From contig JBHGNT010000013.1 of NCBI GenBank assembly GCA_043228905.1, positions 16,430,001-16,494,000 on the forward strand: 64,000 nt of DNA, given 5' to 3'. Source of the DNA: Azolla caroliniana. Taxonomy: Eukaryota > Plantae > Polypodiophyta. Positions 22,400 through 36,461 of this stretch are shown here, piece after piece (position 1 is the first letter of the stretch; each line of letters begins with the position of its first letter). A program made the translations under genes and the position numbers. Under the pieces are notes generated by a model. That model had not been told where the DNA came from and searched no databases. It was given only the letters and a program-made list of their open reading frames with translations.

Positions 22400-25300
22400 G
22401 TCCAGCCAAAATAGGAGTCGTTTGGTTGGACAGCCCTAGATCTGTGCAGCCCATTAGTGGTTCCATTCCCTCTAAGCAAGTTAGTGATGTGTTCGTAGCC
22501 CAAGTAATAGTTAGTACTAAAAGTACCCCTCCAGTACATGTCCTAGCACTCCTAGATTCCGGAGCTAACTCTTGCTTTATGGATAAGAAATTTGCTCAAG
22601 CTCATAAGATATCCCTAAGAAAACTCCAGTGTCCAGCCTATGTAGTAGTCATTGATGGACGTCCCATTGCTTCCGGAAATATCATAGAAGAGTCAGAGCC
22701 CATTAATATTGTCCTAGATAACTTAGCATGTGTAGTATCATTTAATATTATTAGTATCCCAAAACATCCTATAGTTTTAGGATTACCGTGGTTCGAGTTA
22801 CATAACCCAGACATAGATTGGAGAACAAGAGAAATCCGGTGTCGACAAACCCAAGGGTCAACTCAGAAGATGGCAACCATTTCGCTACGTCAGTTGCGTA
22901 AAGAAGGGCGCAAGGAGGAAATGTTCCTCTTTGCAATATCAGTAAACCCCTCCAGCACCACTAAAGAAGAATCCACCGTTCAACTTCCCAAGAAGTATCG
23001 TCATTACGCCGATGTGTTCGATAAAGTACAAGCCAACACACTTCCTCATCATCGACCGTACGATTGCCCCATCGATTTACAACCGGGAAAAGAGCCGCCA
23101 TGGGGACCAATCTACAATTTGTCACCAACCGAGCTGGAAGTCCTTTGGGTCTATATAGAGGAGAATTTGGAAAATGGTTTCATTCGGCATTCGAAATCTC
23201 CAGCCGGCGCGCCCATTTTCTTCGTCAAAAAAATGATGGATCGCTTCGTCTCGTTGTAGATTACCGTGGCTTGAATAAGGTTACAATCAGGAATAGGTAT
23301 GCTCTTCCTCTTATCTCAAGTCTTTTAGAACGGATCAATGGTGCCAGGTTCTTCACGAAGATCGACTTACGGGGAGCATATAACCTCGTACGGATCCGAC
23401 CAGGAGACGAATGGAAGACTGCATTTCGCACTAGATATGGGCACTTCGAGTATACGGTCATGTCGTTCGGCCTCACTAATGCGCTGGCAATCTTCCAGCA
23501 CATGGCTAATGATATATTCCGAGATATATTGGATTATTGTTTGATCATCTATTTGGATGATCTACTGGTTTATTCAAAGACCCAAGAAGAACATAATTCT
23601 AATGTACTATTAGTACTAAAACGACTTCGAGAACATGGTTTGTATGCAAAGCTGGAAAAATGTAGTTTCGGGTGCAACCAAGTGGAATTTCTCGGCTACA
23701 TCATTTCGTCAGAAGGCATCTCCATGGACCCAGCTAAGGTCAAAACGGTGGTAGAATGGCAGACTCCACGTTCGGTGCGGGATGTGCAATGCTTCTTAGG
23801 CTTTGCCAATTTTTACCGGAAGTTCATACAAGATTACTCAAAGATCGTTCTACCTCTCACACAACTTACCAGGAAGGGACAACCGTTCATCTGGTCTGAA
23901 GAAACGGACATGGCTTTCGAGAGTCTTAAAAAGGCATTTACATCGGCTCCAATTCTAGCTCATGTCGATCCGGAAAAACCATTCATTATCGAAGCTGACG
24001 CATCGGATTTTGCATTGGGGAGCATTTTGTCACAACAGGGGAATGATGAGAAGCTACATCCTGTGGCTTTTCACTCACGCAAGTTTGACGCCGCCGAAAT
24101 CAACTACGAAATTCATGATAAGGAGCTATTGGCAATAGTGGATTCTTTTATGCAATGGAGGCGTTTTCTGGAGGGATCCTCTCATCCAGTCACCGTATTT
24201 AGTGACCACAAGAATCTTGCCTACTTTCAGGATGCTCGTGTGTTGAATTGACGTCAAGCTCGGTGGGCCCACTTCCTCACGCGTTTCGACTTCAAAATTA
24301 CATATCGTCCGGGGAGGCACCAAGGGAAGGCAGATGCATTATCACGGCGTTCGTATCTAGCACCCCATCCCGGCAGCCAGCTTTCGATAACCAAAAACAA
24401 GTCATCTTGGGACCGGCACGACTACAAGCAACACAGATCTTTGACATGCCTATGGATTCCCGCATTATCGATACCATACGTGAAGACTTGAAGACAGATC
24501 CGTTCTCCCAAGCTATACTAGCACAAATTGATCCCTCTCGAGCGTCGTGTTCACAGTCGCAACCACCAGGTACGGACTATCGGCAATTCAAATACCATGA
24601 TGGATTACTCTTCTTTAAAGAACTTTTGTATGTTCCTAATGGTTCTTGCCGCCTTCGAGTAGTACAAAACTGTCATGACACATATACAGCTGGGCATTTT
24701 GGTAGTACTAAAACATTACATTTAGTACAACGAACATTCTGGTGGCCCTGTATGCGACAATTTGTCGAGGATTTTGTTCGGACTTGTGATACATGTTGCA
24801 GAGCGAAAATGCCAAGGCATCATCCATATGGTTTATTAGAACCATTACCAATTCCAAGCAAGCCGTGGCAATCCATTGCTCTAGACTTCATCACAGATCT
24901 TCCAGTCTCTAAGGGGTTCAATGCGATTCTAACGGTGGTCGATCGATATACGAAGATGGCTCATTTCTTGCCATGTACTAAGGAGATCTCCAGTGAAGAC
25001 ACTGCCGAAATTGTCATGCGTGAAGTATGTCGGCATCATGGACTTCCCGATAGTATCATCAGCGACCGTGGACCCCAGTTCGTGTCAAAATTCTGGAAGC
25101 ACCTTTTTAACATGCTCAAGGTCACTTGTAACCTCTCCTCCGGCTACCACCCACAAACCGATGGCCAAGCTGAACGAACAAATCAAACGTTGGAGCAGTA
25201 TCTGCGGTGCTTTCTCAGCTATCATCAAGATGACTGGGCAGATATTCTCCACTTCGCCGAATTTGCCTATAACAACTCTATCCACGCATCCACTAAAGTT

Positions 25301-25981
25301 ACGCCATTTTATGCTTATACGAGATGTCACCCCCGGTGGAGTGTACTTGAAACCCCAGAGGTGTCCACAAATCCGTGCGCGGAGGATCGTTTGGAGCAGT
25401 TACGCAAGATACAAGCGGATTTATCTACTCATCTCCATCAAGCTCAACAAACACACAAGTTCTATGTGGATCGTCATCGACTTCCATCCAGTTTTAATAT
25501 TGGAGATCGGGTGTGGCTGCTACGACGACACATCAAGACTACTCGTCCGTGTGAGAAGTTCGATTATCGGCGATTAGGTCCTTTCTGTATTATTGGACAG
25601 ATTAATGATGTCGCTTTTCGTCTCGATCTACCTCCTCAACTTCGGATACATCCGGTGTTTCATAGTTCTCTCTTCGAGCCCTACCACGAGAGCACCATTC
25701 CAGGACGTCTTATCCAACCTCCACCCCCGATCGAGCTTGAAGATGGGCCGGAGTACGAGGTTGCCGCCATCCTTGATTCCAAGATTGTTCGCAACAAGCT
25801 CTACTATCTAGTCGATTGGCTAGGCTATAGCCCCAACAAACGTACTTGGGAACCGATCGAGAATGTGACCAATGCTCGTGCTCTTCTTGAAGACTTCCAT
25901 GGTCAATATCCACACAAACCAGGTCCTCAATCCAAGACGACTCGTGACACTCGTCGTTTTAAAGGGGGGATAGTGTCATGA
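22390..25981 (+). pseudogene. Chromovirus pol (PR-RT-RH-INT-chromodomain) in the -1 frame relative to gag; disrupted
   Basis: Slippery-like ATTAAAC at 22387-22393. Frameshifts near 23230 and 24370; stop at 24249. Confidence 0.9.
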
Positions 25982-26601
25982 TATGGCAAGACTCGAACCC
26001 ATGACCTTAGGTTATATGGGTCGAGCTCTTGACCATTAGATCATCTATTGTAATACGTAGGATATTATTTTCATTTACATTTTATTATAGGAAATTAGTG
26101 TATATTCCAGATTTCTCTGGAACATTCTAGAAGCTTCAGGATTACTCCTGAAAACACTATAAAAGAGGGCACTAGGCATTATGTTGAACCAAATTGGTTC
26201 AACGCCAGTCTTAAGCCTTTTAGCCACCATTGTATATTCTCTTCATATAATACATATCTTTCTTATCATCACTCTCTCTCTCTCTCTCAATCTCTCTCTC
26301 TCTCTCTGTCTCGCTCACTTCTTCCTTCTCTCGAAGAAGTTCCACACCTCTCATAGTACGAAAATATTCTAACCGCATCGCTTCGTCCACACCCCTCCTC
26401 GTCATCTCGGCATTGTACGCTTCCAAGAACCTTGGGACATCGTCCCCGTTGAATCGTCTGACTCGATCAACCACCCGCTCGACGGCTTGATGAGCCGCAT
26501 CTTGCCTCGCCTTCTTCCGTCGAGCATCCATCACAATCTTCATCATCATCTCCGCAAAGTCGAAGTCTTCGTCTTCCATCTCCATCCTCCCTTGCCACCT
26601 C

Positions 26602-26619
26602 TTCACGTCGGGTTCACCA
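26602..26619 (-). promoter_or_regulatory. Primer-binding site for tRNA-Trp
   Basis: Minus strand TGGTGAACCCGACGTGAA is complementary to the 3' end of plant cytosolic tRNA-Trp as I recall it (…TTCACGTCGGGTTCACCA); 4 nt from the LTR. Confidence 0.85.
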
Positions 26620-27192
26620 AAGATGTCACGATATTCTGCGAGCGCATGTAGGATCCGAGGCGGAACCACGGGGGTCTTGGACTAGGGAGTAGAAGAGAAA
26701 GAGTAAGACAAGAAATGGAAGCTTAGCTCAAGAGGAGAAGGAATAAAACATTAACATTGAACGAGAAAATGATGGAGGCAAGATACACAAATGGTTTGTA
26801 TTAAGAAGAACACCACACGCATTACAACCATGGCCGCATAGGCCGCACCCAATGACTACCAGAAAACCCTAACCGGATAAGCAAGTAGAGAAGTATGGTA
26901 AAACCCTAAAGGAAACCCAAGAAGAAAACCCTAGAAGAAACCCTAACCAAAACCCTAAAACCGAATAGGAACCCTCGACCTAAGTGGTATACCTCTCTCA
27001 CTCAAAATAGGCAACCCCTTACAAGTGACCCCTCCCTTTTATAAACCAAGGAGGGGAGGGCGTTACAATGTGGGACAAATACTCCCCCTTTATTCTATAC
27101 ATAGTTTCCTACTTTACACGTGCACATGTTGCATACCACCGACTTGCCCGTTCCACCCTGGTTTCACACTATAGCCAAAAATCTTCACGAAA

Positions 27193-30100
27193 ACGTGTTA
27201 CACGTCCCTACTATCACGAAGAACCTGGTGTTAGTCGGTCAAATCGTCGACCAGGGGATGCAAGTCCGGTTCACGCATCTCGAGTGCTTCATCGAAGAAG
27301 GCCTAGTTATTGCACAAGGGCGTAGAGATGGGAGGATGTTTATCCTCGACTCTAGTGACGGTGGCACCGCAATGTTCGGGAAAGGACAAAAAGTCGAGTC
27401 GGATATCGACTTATGGGACAAGCGGATAGGCCACGTCAACTATCAACGGCTTCAGGACCGACAATCGAAACAGGTGGTGTTTAGATTGCCCAAATTTAGT
27501 GGCCGGAAGGCGCAAATTTGTGAAGCCTGCCAGCTAGGGAAGCAACCCTAACTTCCTTTCCCTAACGATCGTAACCGGAACAGAACAAGCTCGACTTGAT
27601 ACATTCCAATATATGGGGGCCGGCACAGAACGTTAGTCTTGGCGGGAGTCGATATTTTGACGACTATACGTGGCACACGTGGATCTACCTCATTGAGAAG
27701 GAGAGTGAAGTATTCGACTGTTTCCAGGACCTCAAGAGTTTTGTCGAAAGAGAAACATGAAGAAGGATCAAGTGCCTACGGTCGGATGGTGGAAAAGAGT
27801 ACTTTTCTGGTCAATTCAACGGGTATCTACAACAGATGGGAATTCGACACGAATTCAGTTGCAGATATACGCTAGAGCAAAACGGCATGGCCAAAAGGAA
27901 AAATCGGTCGGTTGTGGAAGCGGCGTGGGTAATGTTGGAAGAAAAGACCTTGCCCAAGTTCTATTGAGCTGAGGCGGTACGAACCGCAGTATACATCCAG
28001 AATCGGATCGGAGACAAAGTGTCGGCACATGAGCTGTATTTCGGAAGGAAGCCGAACCTACGACACTTGAGAGTTTTCGGTAGCATTGTGTATGTGCATG
28101 TACCGAAGGAGAAGCGGAGGAAGCTGGACACGAAAGCCAATAAGTGTATCTTGGTCAGCTATTCGGATGAGCAGAAGGGTTATACGTGTTATAACCCTCA
28201 CACCAAACAAGCGCGCGTGAGCCGCGGTGTTGTGTTTGACGAGTCCGCGTCTTGGTACTTGCCTCCGACTCCGGACCTCACCTCCAATCCGAGTTCTGAC
28301 GATGAGGTCAACAAGGTCGAGATGCCTCCAGATGAGCCTGAAATCGGGACCCACCCGCGAAGAGAGTCTGATTTCGTTTCGGTTAAGCGGACCGAATGGA
28401 CGACTGAGTCAGTTCGACCTGTCTGATGAAGAGCCGGTGAGTAGTGGAGACTTGGTCATGCATTCCCCGCGCAGGGAGCCAAGGAGACGGCTTACACGTA
28501 AGGAAAAAGGGAAGAAGAAGGTGTCGGATTACGGCACAATAGGAACGAGTCGGATCAACGCGAGTCCGACTCCAAGGGAAGTGATGATGGGCCTTCGAAA
28601 GCGAAGTCCGCGTCGGCCAAGAAAGCCTCAACTTCGGCTCATGAGCAATTACGCCGACCTACCCGCCAGAAGAACCTTGTTGTGCAGTTCGATTACGAGT
28701 ACATGGCACATCATTATGCGTACATGACACATGTAGCGGAAGTGCGTGAGCCGGAGAGCTACGTAGAAGCGGCGAAGGACGTGAATTGGCGTGTCACAAT
28801 GAAGGAAGAGATGCGCACATTGGCAATGAATGGAACTTGGGACCTAGTTGACACACCGAAGGGGGTGAAGCCGATCGGATGCAGGTGGGTGTACAAGGTC
28901 AAGTGCAACACCGACGGCTCGGTCAACCGATACAAGGCCCGGTTAGTAGCGAAAGGCTACACCCAGCAACAGGGCATCAACTATGACGAGACCTTCGCGC
29001 CTGTCGCGAAGATGACTACCGTGTGTGTTCTGCTAGCCATAGATGTGGCAAAGGGGTGGTACTTACATCAGATGGATGTAAAGAATGCATTCCTGCAAGG
29101 TGAGCTTGAGGAACAAGTGTACATGGTACAACCCCCTGGATTTCACTCCGAAACGAACACCTCGACGGTGTGCCGATTGAAGAAGTCCCTTTACGGACTC
29201 AAGCAAGCCTCGCGTGCCTGGAACGCGAAGATCACGCAACGATTGCGTCAGATGGGCTTTGCGACATCAAAATCGAACTCCTCACTGTTCATCCGAAAAG
29301 GTTGACTTGGGCCGGTTAGTACTTTACTTTATGTTGATGACTTGGTCATCACGGGCGCCAACCTTGAGGAAATTGACTGTGTAAAGCTCCAGCTTGCAGC
29401 ATCATTCGACATGAAGGATCTAGGGGACCTTCATTACTTCCTCGGGATCGAAGTGATCCACATCCCCGAAGGCATACTGATCAGCCAACGGCATTATGTG
29501 TTGAGTGTGCTCTTCAAATTCGGGATGGCTGACTGTAAGCCCGTCTCGACTCCTATGGATAGAACCGTCAAGCTTCGCCCCGATTCCAGAAAGGTATGCG
29601 ACCCGACGAGGTTCCGACAGATAGTTGGAAACCTTATATACTTGACCATCACCCGACTAGATCTTAGCTACCCAATCGGGGTGATTAGTCAATTCATGGC
29701 GTGACCAACCGAGGAGCACCTTCAGTGCGCACAACGCGTACTCTGGTACGTCAGTGGCACTAAGGACCGGGGGCTACTATATCGAACCGATATTGCCACG
29801 CAGTTGATCGGCTACACCGATGTTGATTGGGCCGGAAACTTCGGTGATCGCCGATCCACATCTGGTTTCTCATTCTCTCTTGGGAGTGACGCGATCGCGT
29901 GGAGTAGCAAGAAGTAGCCGACAGTTGCATTGCCGAGCACCGAAGCCGAGTATAGAGGAGCGGTTGTCGCGACATGCAAAGTCGTATGGTTGAAGCAGCT
30001 ACTTAAGGATCTGCAAATGGAGGTACCCGATCCAACGATAATCTACTATGACAACCTCAACAACATGCAACTAGCAAAGAACCCCGTCTTCCACACCCGG

Positions 30101-31171
30101 ACTAAGCACATTGTGGTGCACTACCATTTCCTGTGTGAGCGTGTCCTCTCCGGTGAAGTCGAACTTCAGTATGTTCTGACGGATCGGCAGACCGCCGACA
30201 TCTTTACCAAGCCTCTTGGTCTAGAAAAGTTGTGCTAATTCTCGGGTGCGCTTGGGTTGCATCACCTCGACATGCCAAACTTGAGGGGGAGAGACGTCCT
30301 GGATGATCACGGAAGGGAGCAGGAAAGGAACGGAAAAGACCGTGACGCCGAGTCGGATGACGAATTCGATTTCGGATTGGCTGAAGAAGTCAAGGGCGGA
30401 TCCGCAGAAGAGTCTGAAAGCAGACATAAGGGGAGTAATCGAAAGAAAGAGCCGAAGCCAACCAAGCGTGGGGGAGACAAAGCCATCAAGGGCGAGAAGA
30501 CCGAAGACGAGTTGGAGACAGCCAATTCGGACGAGAGCAAAAACCGATCGGAGGAAGCCAAGTCGGTTCGGATGTTTGATTCGGATACACTGAATCAACC
30601 AAGCGCCAAGCGGAAGAGGCACCAACACCACAATAGCAAGGAACCTGAGAAGGGTCGTGTAAGCAAACAAGCCGATCGAACGGGTCAAGGAGCACGAGCG
30701 AGGCGTGAAGCCAGAAGGAACCAGAGCGTAGATCCGGCGGAGCAGGTGGAACCTCAAGTTGAGCTTGAGGGGGAGTGTTGAGAGACAAGCTCAACATTCG
30801 TGCGTAATATGATGCGTAACCCAGTGCGTAGACTGGGTGCGTAAATCGGTACGCATAACATGGCCATATCGATTTGAAAACTACGAGGCCGTTGGGAAGA
30901 TATTCCTCGTAAGGAATAATTTTGGGAGTTAGTGTCGAGGCTCATTTATGAGCACTCAAGTATTGTCAGTACTTGTGTCAGCCCGATTGTCAGGCCTTGT
31001 ATAACAGGTGCTCATTGAGCACGGTGTATGCACACATTGAGTATTATTTTTTGAATTGAATCTTAGTGTGTTCTCTCTGTCTCTCCCGTGTATTGTATAT
31101 ATTCAAGCTCTCCATTAAACCTGCGTTTAGGTGTTTGGTTTTCTACTTGCTTCCGCACGCTATTCTTTACA
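27193..31171 (+). mobile_element. Ty1/copia lacking its 5' end (PR end, INT, RT, RH, C-terminal extension, 3' LTR 30776-31171)
   Basis: NVLHVPTITKNL, ICEACQLGKQ, SRGVVFDE, QMDVKNAFLQG, RTKHI. PPT cttgagggggag then TGTTG...TTACA. Confidence 0.93.
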
Positions 31172-32289
31172 CTCTACAAGTTCGGAATGACTGAGTGCAA
31201 ACATGTGTCTACCCCTGTCAACCGAATTCTCAAACTCGATGTGAATTCGGGCACAATTGAGTGCGATCTGACTCAATATCAACAACTGATTGGCAGCCTA
31301 ATCTATCTAACCATCACACGACCCGACCTCAACTATTCAGTCGGCCTACTTGGGAAATTCATGCAAAACCCACCAAATGATCATCTCAATTGCGCTAAGA
31401 GAATACTTTGGTATGCCAGTACGATGATGGATTACGGCATCATGTATAAGTCGAATACACTTATTTGACTCAAAGGGTACACAAACATAGACTAGGCAGG
31501 CTATAAGGCCGATAGACGTTCAACCTTTGGATTTGTTTTCTCCTTCGGTAGTGGAGCAATCTCCTAGAGTAGCAAGAAGCAGGCGACAGTCGCACTGTCG
31601 CACTGTCGAGCACAAAGGCCGAATACAGGGGCGCAACAGTCGCCGCGTGCAAAGTTGTCTGGCTCAAACACATCTTGAAGTATCCCGGCATTCCCATCAT
31701 AGATCCAATTTGCCTCTACTACAACAACATGAGCAACATCTATCTCGCTCGGAACCCGGTGTTCCACAAGCGGACTAAACACATCGAAGTGCACGATCAC
31801 TTCATTCGCGAGCAAGTTCAGGCTGGCGAAATCGATTTACAACATATCAATACGCATCGCCAAGTTGTTGATATCTTCATGAAGGCCGTAGGCGTCGACA
31901 AGCTCGGGCAATTCACATCGGACCTTGGTCTCACGATGTCTATATTGCCAAGCTTGAGGGGGAGTACAGCAATAGCTGACATCGAACAGTAGCCAAGCTG
32001 AGCAACGAGCACGAAGCAATTGAAAACCAAAAACCGATTCAGCATAATCGAAGTATTTCAAAGACCGAACTGAAACATATTTTTGGCATCTGGAATTTGT
32101 GTTTGAAGGGGCGTGTTGAGAATCGAACTCAACTTCCCATAGGAATAATGTTCACACTAGGCAGTGGACAACTTAATAGGACATTTCTGTAATTAGTAGA
32201 AAGCGCATTTGCCCTAGACTATTTGGTATTTAAACCAACCCTTTGTAACTTAGTTGTGGTTGGAGGTAATATATAGTTATCTTGTTTAG

Positions 32290-32325
<36 letters not shown>

Positions 32326-32400
32326 CATCACGTGCACACACACTCACACACAAAGCTCACTTCCATTGCATAGCACCATCTACGCCTCTCATTCTTGACA
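31172..32400 (+). mobile_element. Ty1/copia 3' fragment (RT end, RH, 3' LTR 32114-32400), the host of the preceding copy
   Basis: LYKFGM..YQQLIGSLIYLTITRPD, NPVFHKRTKHIEVH. LTR TGTTG...TTGACA. Confidence 0.88.
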
Positions 32401-32408
32401 CTAGAGGT

Positions 32409-32731
32409 TAGGAATTGACAATGGTTAGGTTTTGGCTTAACCAGTTTGACCTTGGCCAAACCAAACCGATAAAAGCCTTTAGAAGTTTTCAAACCCTAAA
32501 CCGGTTAAGCCTAAATTAGTTTAGGAACTAGTTTGGCCAAACTCGTTAAGCCTTAACTAGTTTGGGAACCTTTTGGCCCAAACTAGTTCGATTCGGCTGG
32601 AGCCTTGCCAAAACAATCTTAAACCGATTAAGGAAGCTCAAGCCTGAACAAAGGCAAACCAAACTGTCAAACCATTTAAAAACGGTTTAATGTCTTGGTT
32701 CAAGCTTGAGCCGACCTATTGTCGACTCCTA
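32409..32731. mobile_element. hAT-type MITE with AACCG/CGGTT subterminal motifs
   Basis: TIRs taggaattgacaat / attgtcgactccta (12/14). No TSD recognised. Confidence 0.6.
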
Positions 32732-35235
32732 CCGAAGTCGAGCTTGCTATTGGAGTTTTAACACTCAAAATTAAAGGTTTCTTCTAAATGAGTCAAGTTT
32801 CTCAAGAGAAACTAATATGTATATTTAGGGTAAGAAATTTAAGGGTCTTAGGATTAGACAAGAGTTTTTCCATCTTAATGAAGATTTCTAAACCAGAACT
32901 AAATAAACTAGCGATTCACGAGAGAATAAATAAGGAGGGCTATTTGGAATACCTACTTCAAAGTGACACCATTTTGACATGGTTTTTGGCTAAGGATATT
33001 GACCACTTTCTATCTCGGCTAATTCTCATTTATGGGTTGTCCATGATTATTCTCTGAACATGTTTCTCTTTGTCACACTCTTTATTTTCTTGTTCTACAT
33101 CTCATGGTCAAGAGCTTTTTAAATTATTCCAAGGATGATGAATTGGTTATCATAGAATGAGTGACCAATCAATATGAAAGTTATCACCATTCCTCAAATT
33201 ATTCCATGGGATCGATAGAAGACTCATTTGGTAAGCAAAGGCTAGCCAAAGGCTTGTAGGCACAAAATATAATTCAAATGTGTACATGGCATGATTTAAG
33301 AGTGTCCATATTTTATCAATCTTCATCTTAGTGAAAAACATTTGTATCATAGTAATGGGAATGTAGTACATACCAAGAATAGTATAACATTGTATGTTAC
33401 ATAGATCGAAAAGGTTATACCCCCAATGTGTGGATGTGCTATTTTATATGAATCCACGAGTTTGAACATGATTTTATGTAAGAGCCTTAACATTGGGTAA
33501 GACCACTATACTAGAGGACATTGAGATGTTTGGTTTGACATGAAATCCATTTGCTTAAATGCCAATTATTCATTGGTCATGTTTTTAGTATGCCCAAATA
33601 TTGTTGTCAAGTATTTACATCTTATCTCGCGCTTGATCTTGTCTCGCATCTAAGCCAAGCATCTCTCTAACAATGGTTGTAAACAAAGCAGCACCTGCCC
33701 CGTCATGGATAACAATCAAGGTCTACATAAACACACAAGCACACAAAAAGAGACCCATATATTACACATACACTTATAAGTACAACGGATCCAATACCTG
33801 GGTGCAAAAGCAACAATGCAACATGGATCTAGCCCATCAAATGCTTAAGCATATCTACTGTCATCAGTAGAAATAAAGGTGCTTTTAATGTACTGGCAAG
33901 TACATTCGTGAAAATACACACAACACACTACAAATGTCCTCAAACTTATTCAAGGAAATAAATAGTGACACACACACAAAAAAAAAATCCAATTCATCTA
34001 AAATCAAGAAAGTGAAGCTAGAAATAGAACCTCCAGAGTTAAACAACATTACACAACCAACCAACCGAAGAAATATAACCATAAATCATCAAACAAAAAA
34101 AAACCAACACCACAAATGACAACTTTAGTGATACTACGATGTCTCTTGCCCCTTAGTTATGAGCAAGAATGAGATATGATCTGACACAATTCCGTCCACG
34201 TAATAACACAAGAATGGCGTGGTAATATCTTGACCTTTTAGTTCATACCTTCGGACATATTTACCTCCTCAATTTAGCCATGAAAATATCTTACTCATCA
34301 TCGAGAGGGGGGAGGGGGGGGTTTCGGAGCGGAATTTCACATCATAGTGTACATCAATTCAAGTGGAATGGGCACAATAGGCAAAATCAACATCCTCGCC
34401 TCTTCACAATTACACATATTATGTCGCCCTTTCATTCTCCTCTACGCACGAATCACATTCAAATGAACAAGCGGACATGGACACAACAATTCGATTCTAT
34501 CATCAATGGTACCAATACGAAGTTTGTGACACACACTGGACAATGTAGTGTGTGTCACCAATTATGCATGTGAAGATCACAAACTCTCCTCCAATTAACA
34601 AAAGGTTGTAGTTACAACCACAACTACAGTTGTTGATAGAGATCTTTATGTAGGTATGGGTGGCCATGGTAATGGCCCCACTAGGCTAGCCAAATCCCTC
34701 CCCTACCCTTGGGCTAAAGCCATTCATGTCATGGTTCATGAGAAATGTGTCCACCATCACTACTACTACTACTACTACACCACAATGGGCTTCTTAATTC
34801 CAACATTTTTTGTTACCGTAGTTAGGGTAGGATGGCATAAACTAATCATAAACTAATTGGGGGGGGGGGGGGGGGGGGTACAGTATGATCCTCGTCCTTC
34901 ATGATCATGTCCCCACTCCATCGGCATCACCTAAAATCTAGCGATTAAATTGCATTACAAATGTCGAACTCATATTGAAACCCAAATCCTTACTTTACAA
35001 TTGTTTGTTATGTGACATGAATAAGATTTCAAATGATGTGTCCAAACATGTCCTTAAATTTGAAACTGCACACACACATTTGAGTTGAAATTGAGCCAAT
35101 AATATTGGAGAAGCTGTTAATTGATACCTCACTACATTAATCGCAGTGTTCATGGTCACTCCATTCTTGATGAAAAAAAAAAAATAGATTATTAGGTTTG
35201 TGTACAAGTTAATTGATTCTATATGTATGTGTGTC

Positions 35236-35277
<42 letters not shown>

Positions 35278-35543
35278 GGGAGAGCTATATTATTATTTAG
35301 AATGCAATTAGTTTTACAAGACAATGCAGAGGAGGGTCAAATTAAGAATATTTAATGGATTAATTCGCCGGACGATCAGATCAATATAACTATTTAACGG
35401 ATTAAGATGATCGATCAGATATATGTAGTGAAACAATCCGATCCGCATAGATCTGTGATCAAATCTTATTATTATGATGATGATGATGATGATTGTTGTA
35501 AATTAATAAAGAGTAATTTCTGGTCACTAAGAAGAGGAGGAAA

Positions 35544-36461
35544 TTAGCTAGAGAAGAGGGTCTTCATCGAATCAGGAATTGTATGGAGTTCATCTGGTTG
35601 AGGCCTGAAAAAACAAATGGGATTCTCGGATCGGCAATGGATAATAACTGAATTATTTTCTGGATACTGGCCATCGTGGTGGTCCATCGCCGCCCTTCGA
35701 TCCGACGATGATAATTCAGTATCATTACTATTATGATGATGATTATTATTATTATTGAATCCTCCTGGAAGAGAATCGGTAGATCTGATTACTGCATTGT
35801 TGCTGTGGTGAGTAACGGCGATCGTCCGGGCGGCCATGGCCGTCCGAGAATCGTAAGCAGCAGACGGTGGGCGGCGATGTTTCTTCGGCGCAGGCGGACA
35901 AATTTTGGGCTCGGGGATCCGGAATTCTTTCGCGGTGGGCGTCACACAGCGGCTCGCCTCTGACTGGAAACCATCATCAGATTCCTCGAGATTCTTACTG
36001 GATCTAGATCGATTAGGATCTCTAAATTCCTCATCAGATTCCTCCTCCTTGCTGCCACAGTAACTGTCAATCTGGCACTCCATCGGCTTAATGTGGCGAA
36101 CATTAGGGTTAACCCTTGCGGAATCCATCCAGTTTTCCCTGCCTGCGCTGATGCACCGTTTCAGGGGGCGTAGATTTGCAGCGATGGACGCCAAATGCAG
36201 ATCGCAATTAGAATCCATACAATCCGATCCGGGTGCCATCGTCCCTGCTGCCATGGGGGATTCATCTGAGATTCTGGTATCAATCATTATATGTGGGGAG
36301 CGGATTCCTGTCATTCGATCTGATTCCGCCGTGACAGCATGGGGTGAGGATTCCTGCGCGGAATCGGTGGAGGCGGAGGCCGATCGGCTGACTGGAACGA
36401 TCGGATCTGAGCGTGATGGATCCGTGGCGGTTGCAGAAGCCCATGATTGATGATGATCCAT
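35544..36461 (-). CDS. SMR: SIAMESE-RELATED (SMR) cyclin-dependent kinase inhibitor, 305 aa, intronless
   Basis: Family motifs in order: CVTP....RIP, CPPAPKK+basic, FF.P.PDEL...LF at the C-terminus. Good start context gccATGG. Confidence 0.88.
   Translation of the reverse strand: MDHHQSWASATATDPSRSDPIVPVSRSASASTDSAQESSPHAVTAESDRMTGIRSPHIMIDTRISDESPMAAGTMAPGSDCMDSNCDLHLASIAANLRPLKRCISAGRENWMDSARVNPNVRHIKPMECQIDSYCGSKEEESDEEFRDPNRSRSSKNLEESDDGFQSEASRCVTPTAKEFRIPEPKICPPAPKKHRRPPSAAYDSRTAMAARTIAVTHHSNNAVIRSTDSLPGGFNNNNNHHHNSNDTELSSSDRRAAMDHHDGQYPENNSVIIHCRSENPICFFRPQPDELHTIPDSMKTLFSS

Larger units (their letters stand above)
20727..26359 (+). mobile_element. Ty3/gypsy chromovirus, Tcn1/Tf1-like and self-priming; 5' LTR 20727-21164, 3' LTR 25974-26359 (truncated)
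   Basis: gag, PR (LLDSGA), RT (YLDD), RH (EADASD), INT (HHCC, SDRGPQF), chromodomain (YEVAAILDS..YLVDWLGY..TWEP). PPT aaaggggggatag. LTR ends TGTCATGA...TCATGACA. Confidence 0.96.
18944..27192 (-). mobile_element. tRNA-Trp-primed LTR element B; 5' LTR 26624-27192, partial 3' LTR 18944-19220; hosts the chromovirus
   Basis: LTR pair; PBS matches the plant tRNA-Trp 3' end; PPT 19221-19245 identical to element A; gag-like N-terminus 26585-26360. Confidence 0.85.

Noticed and set aside
26970-27030. A-box-like GACCTAAGTGGTA in element B LTRs as a third Pol III cassette
   Set aside because: No B-box at tRNA spacing.
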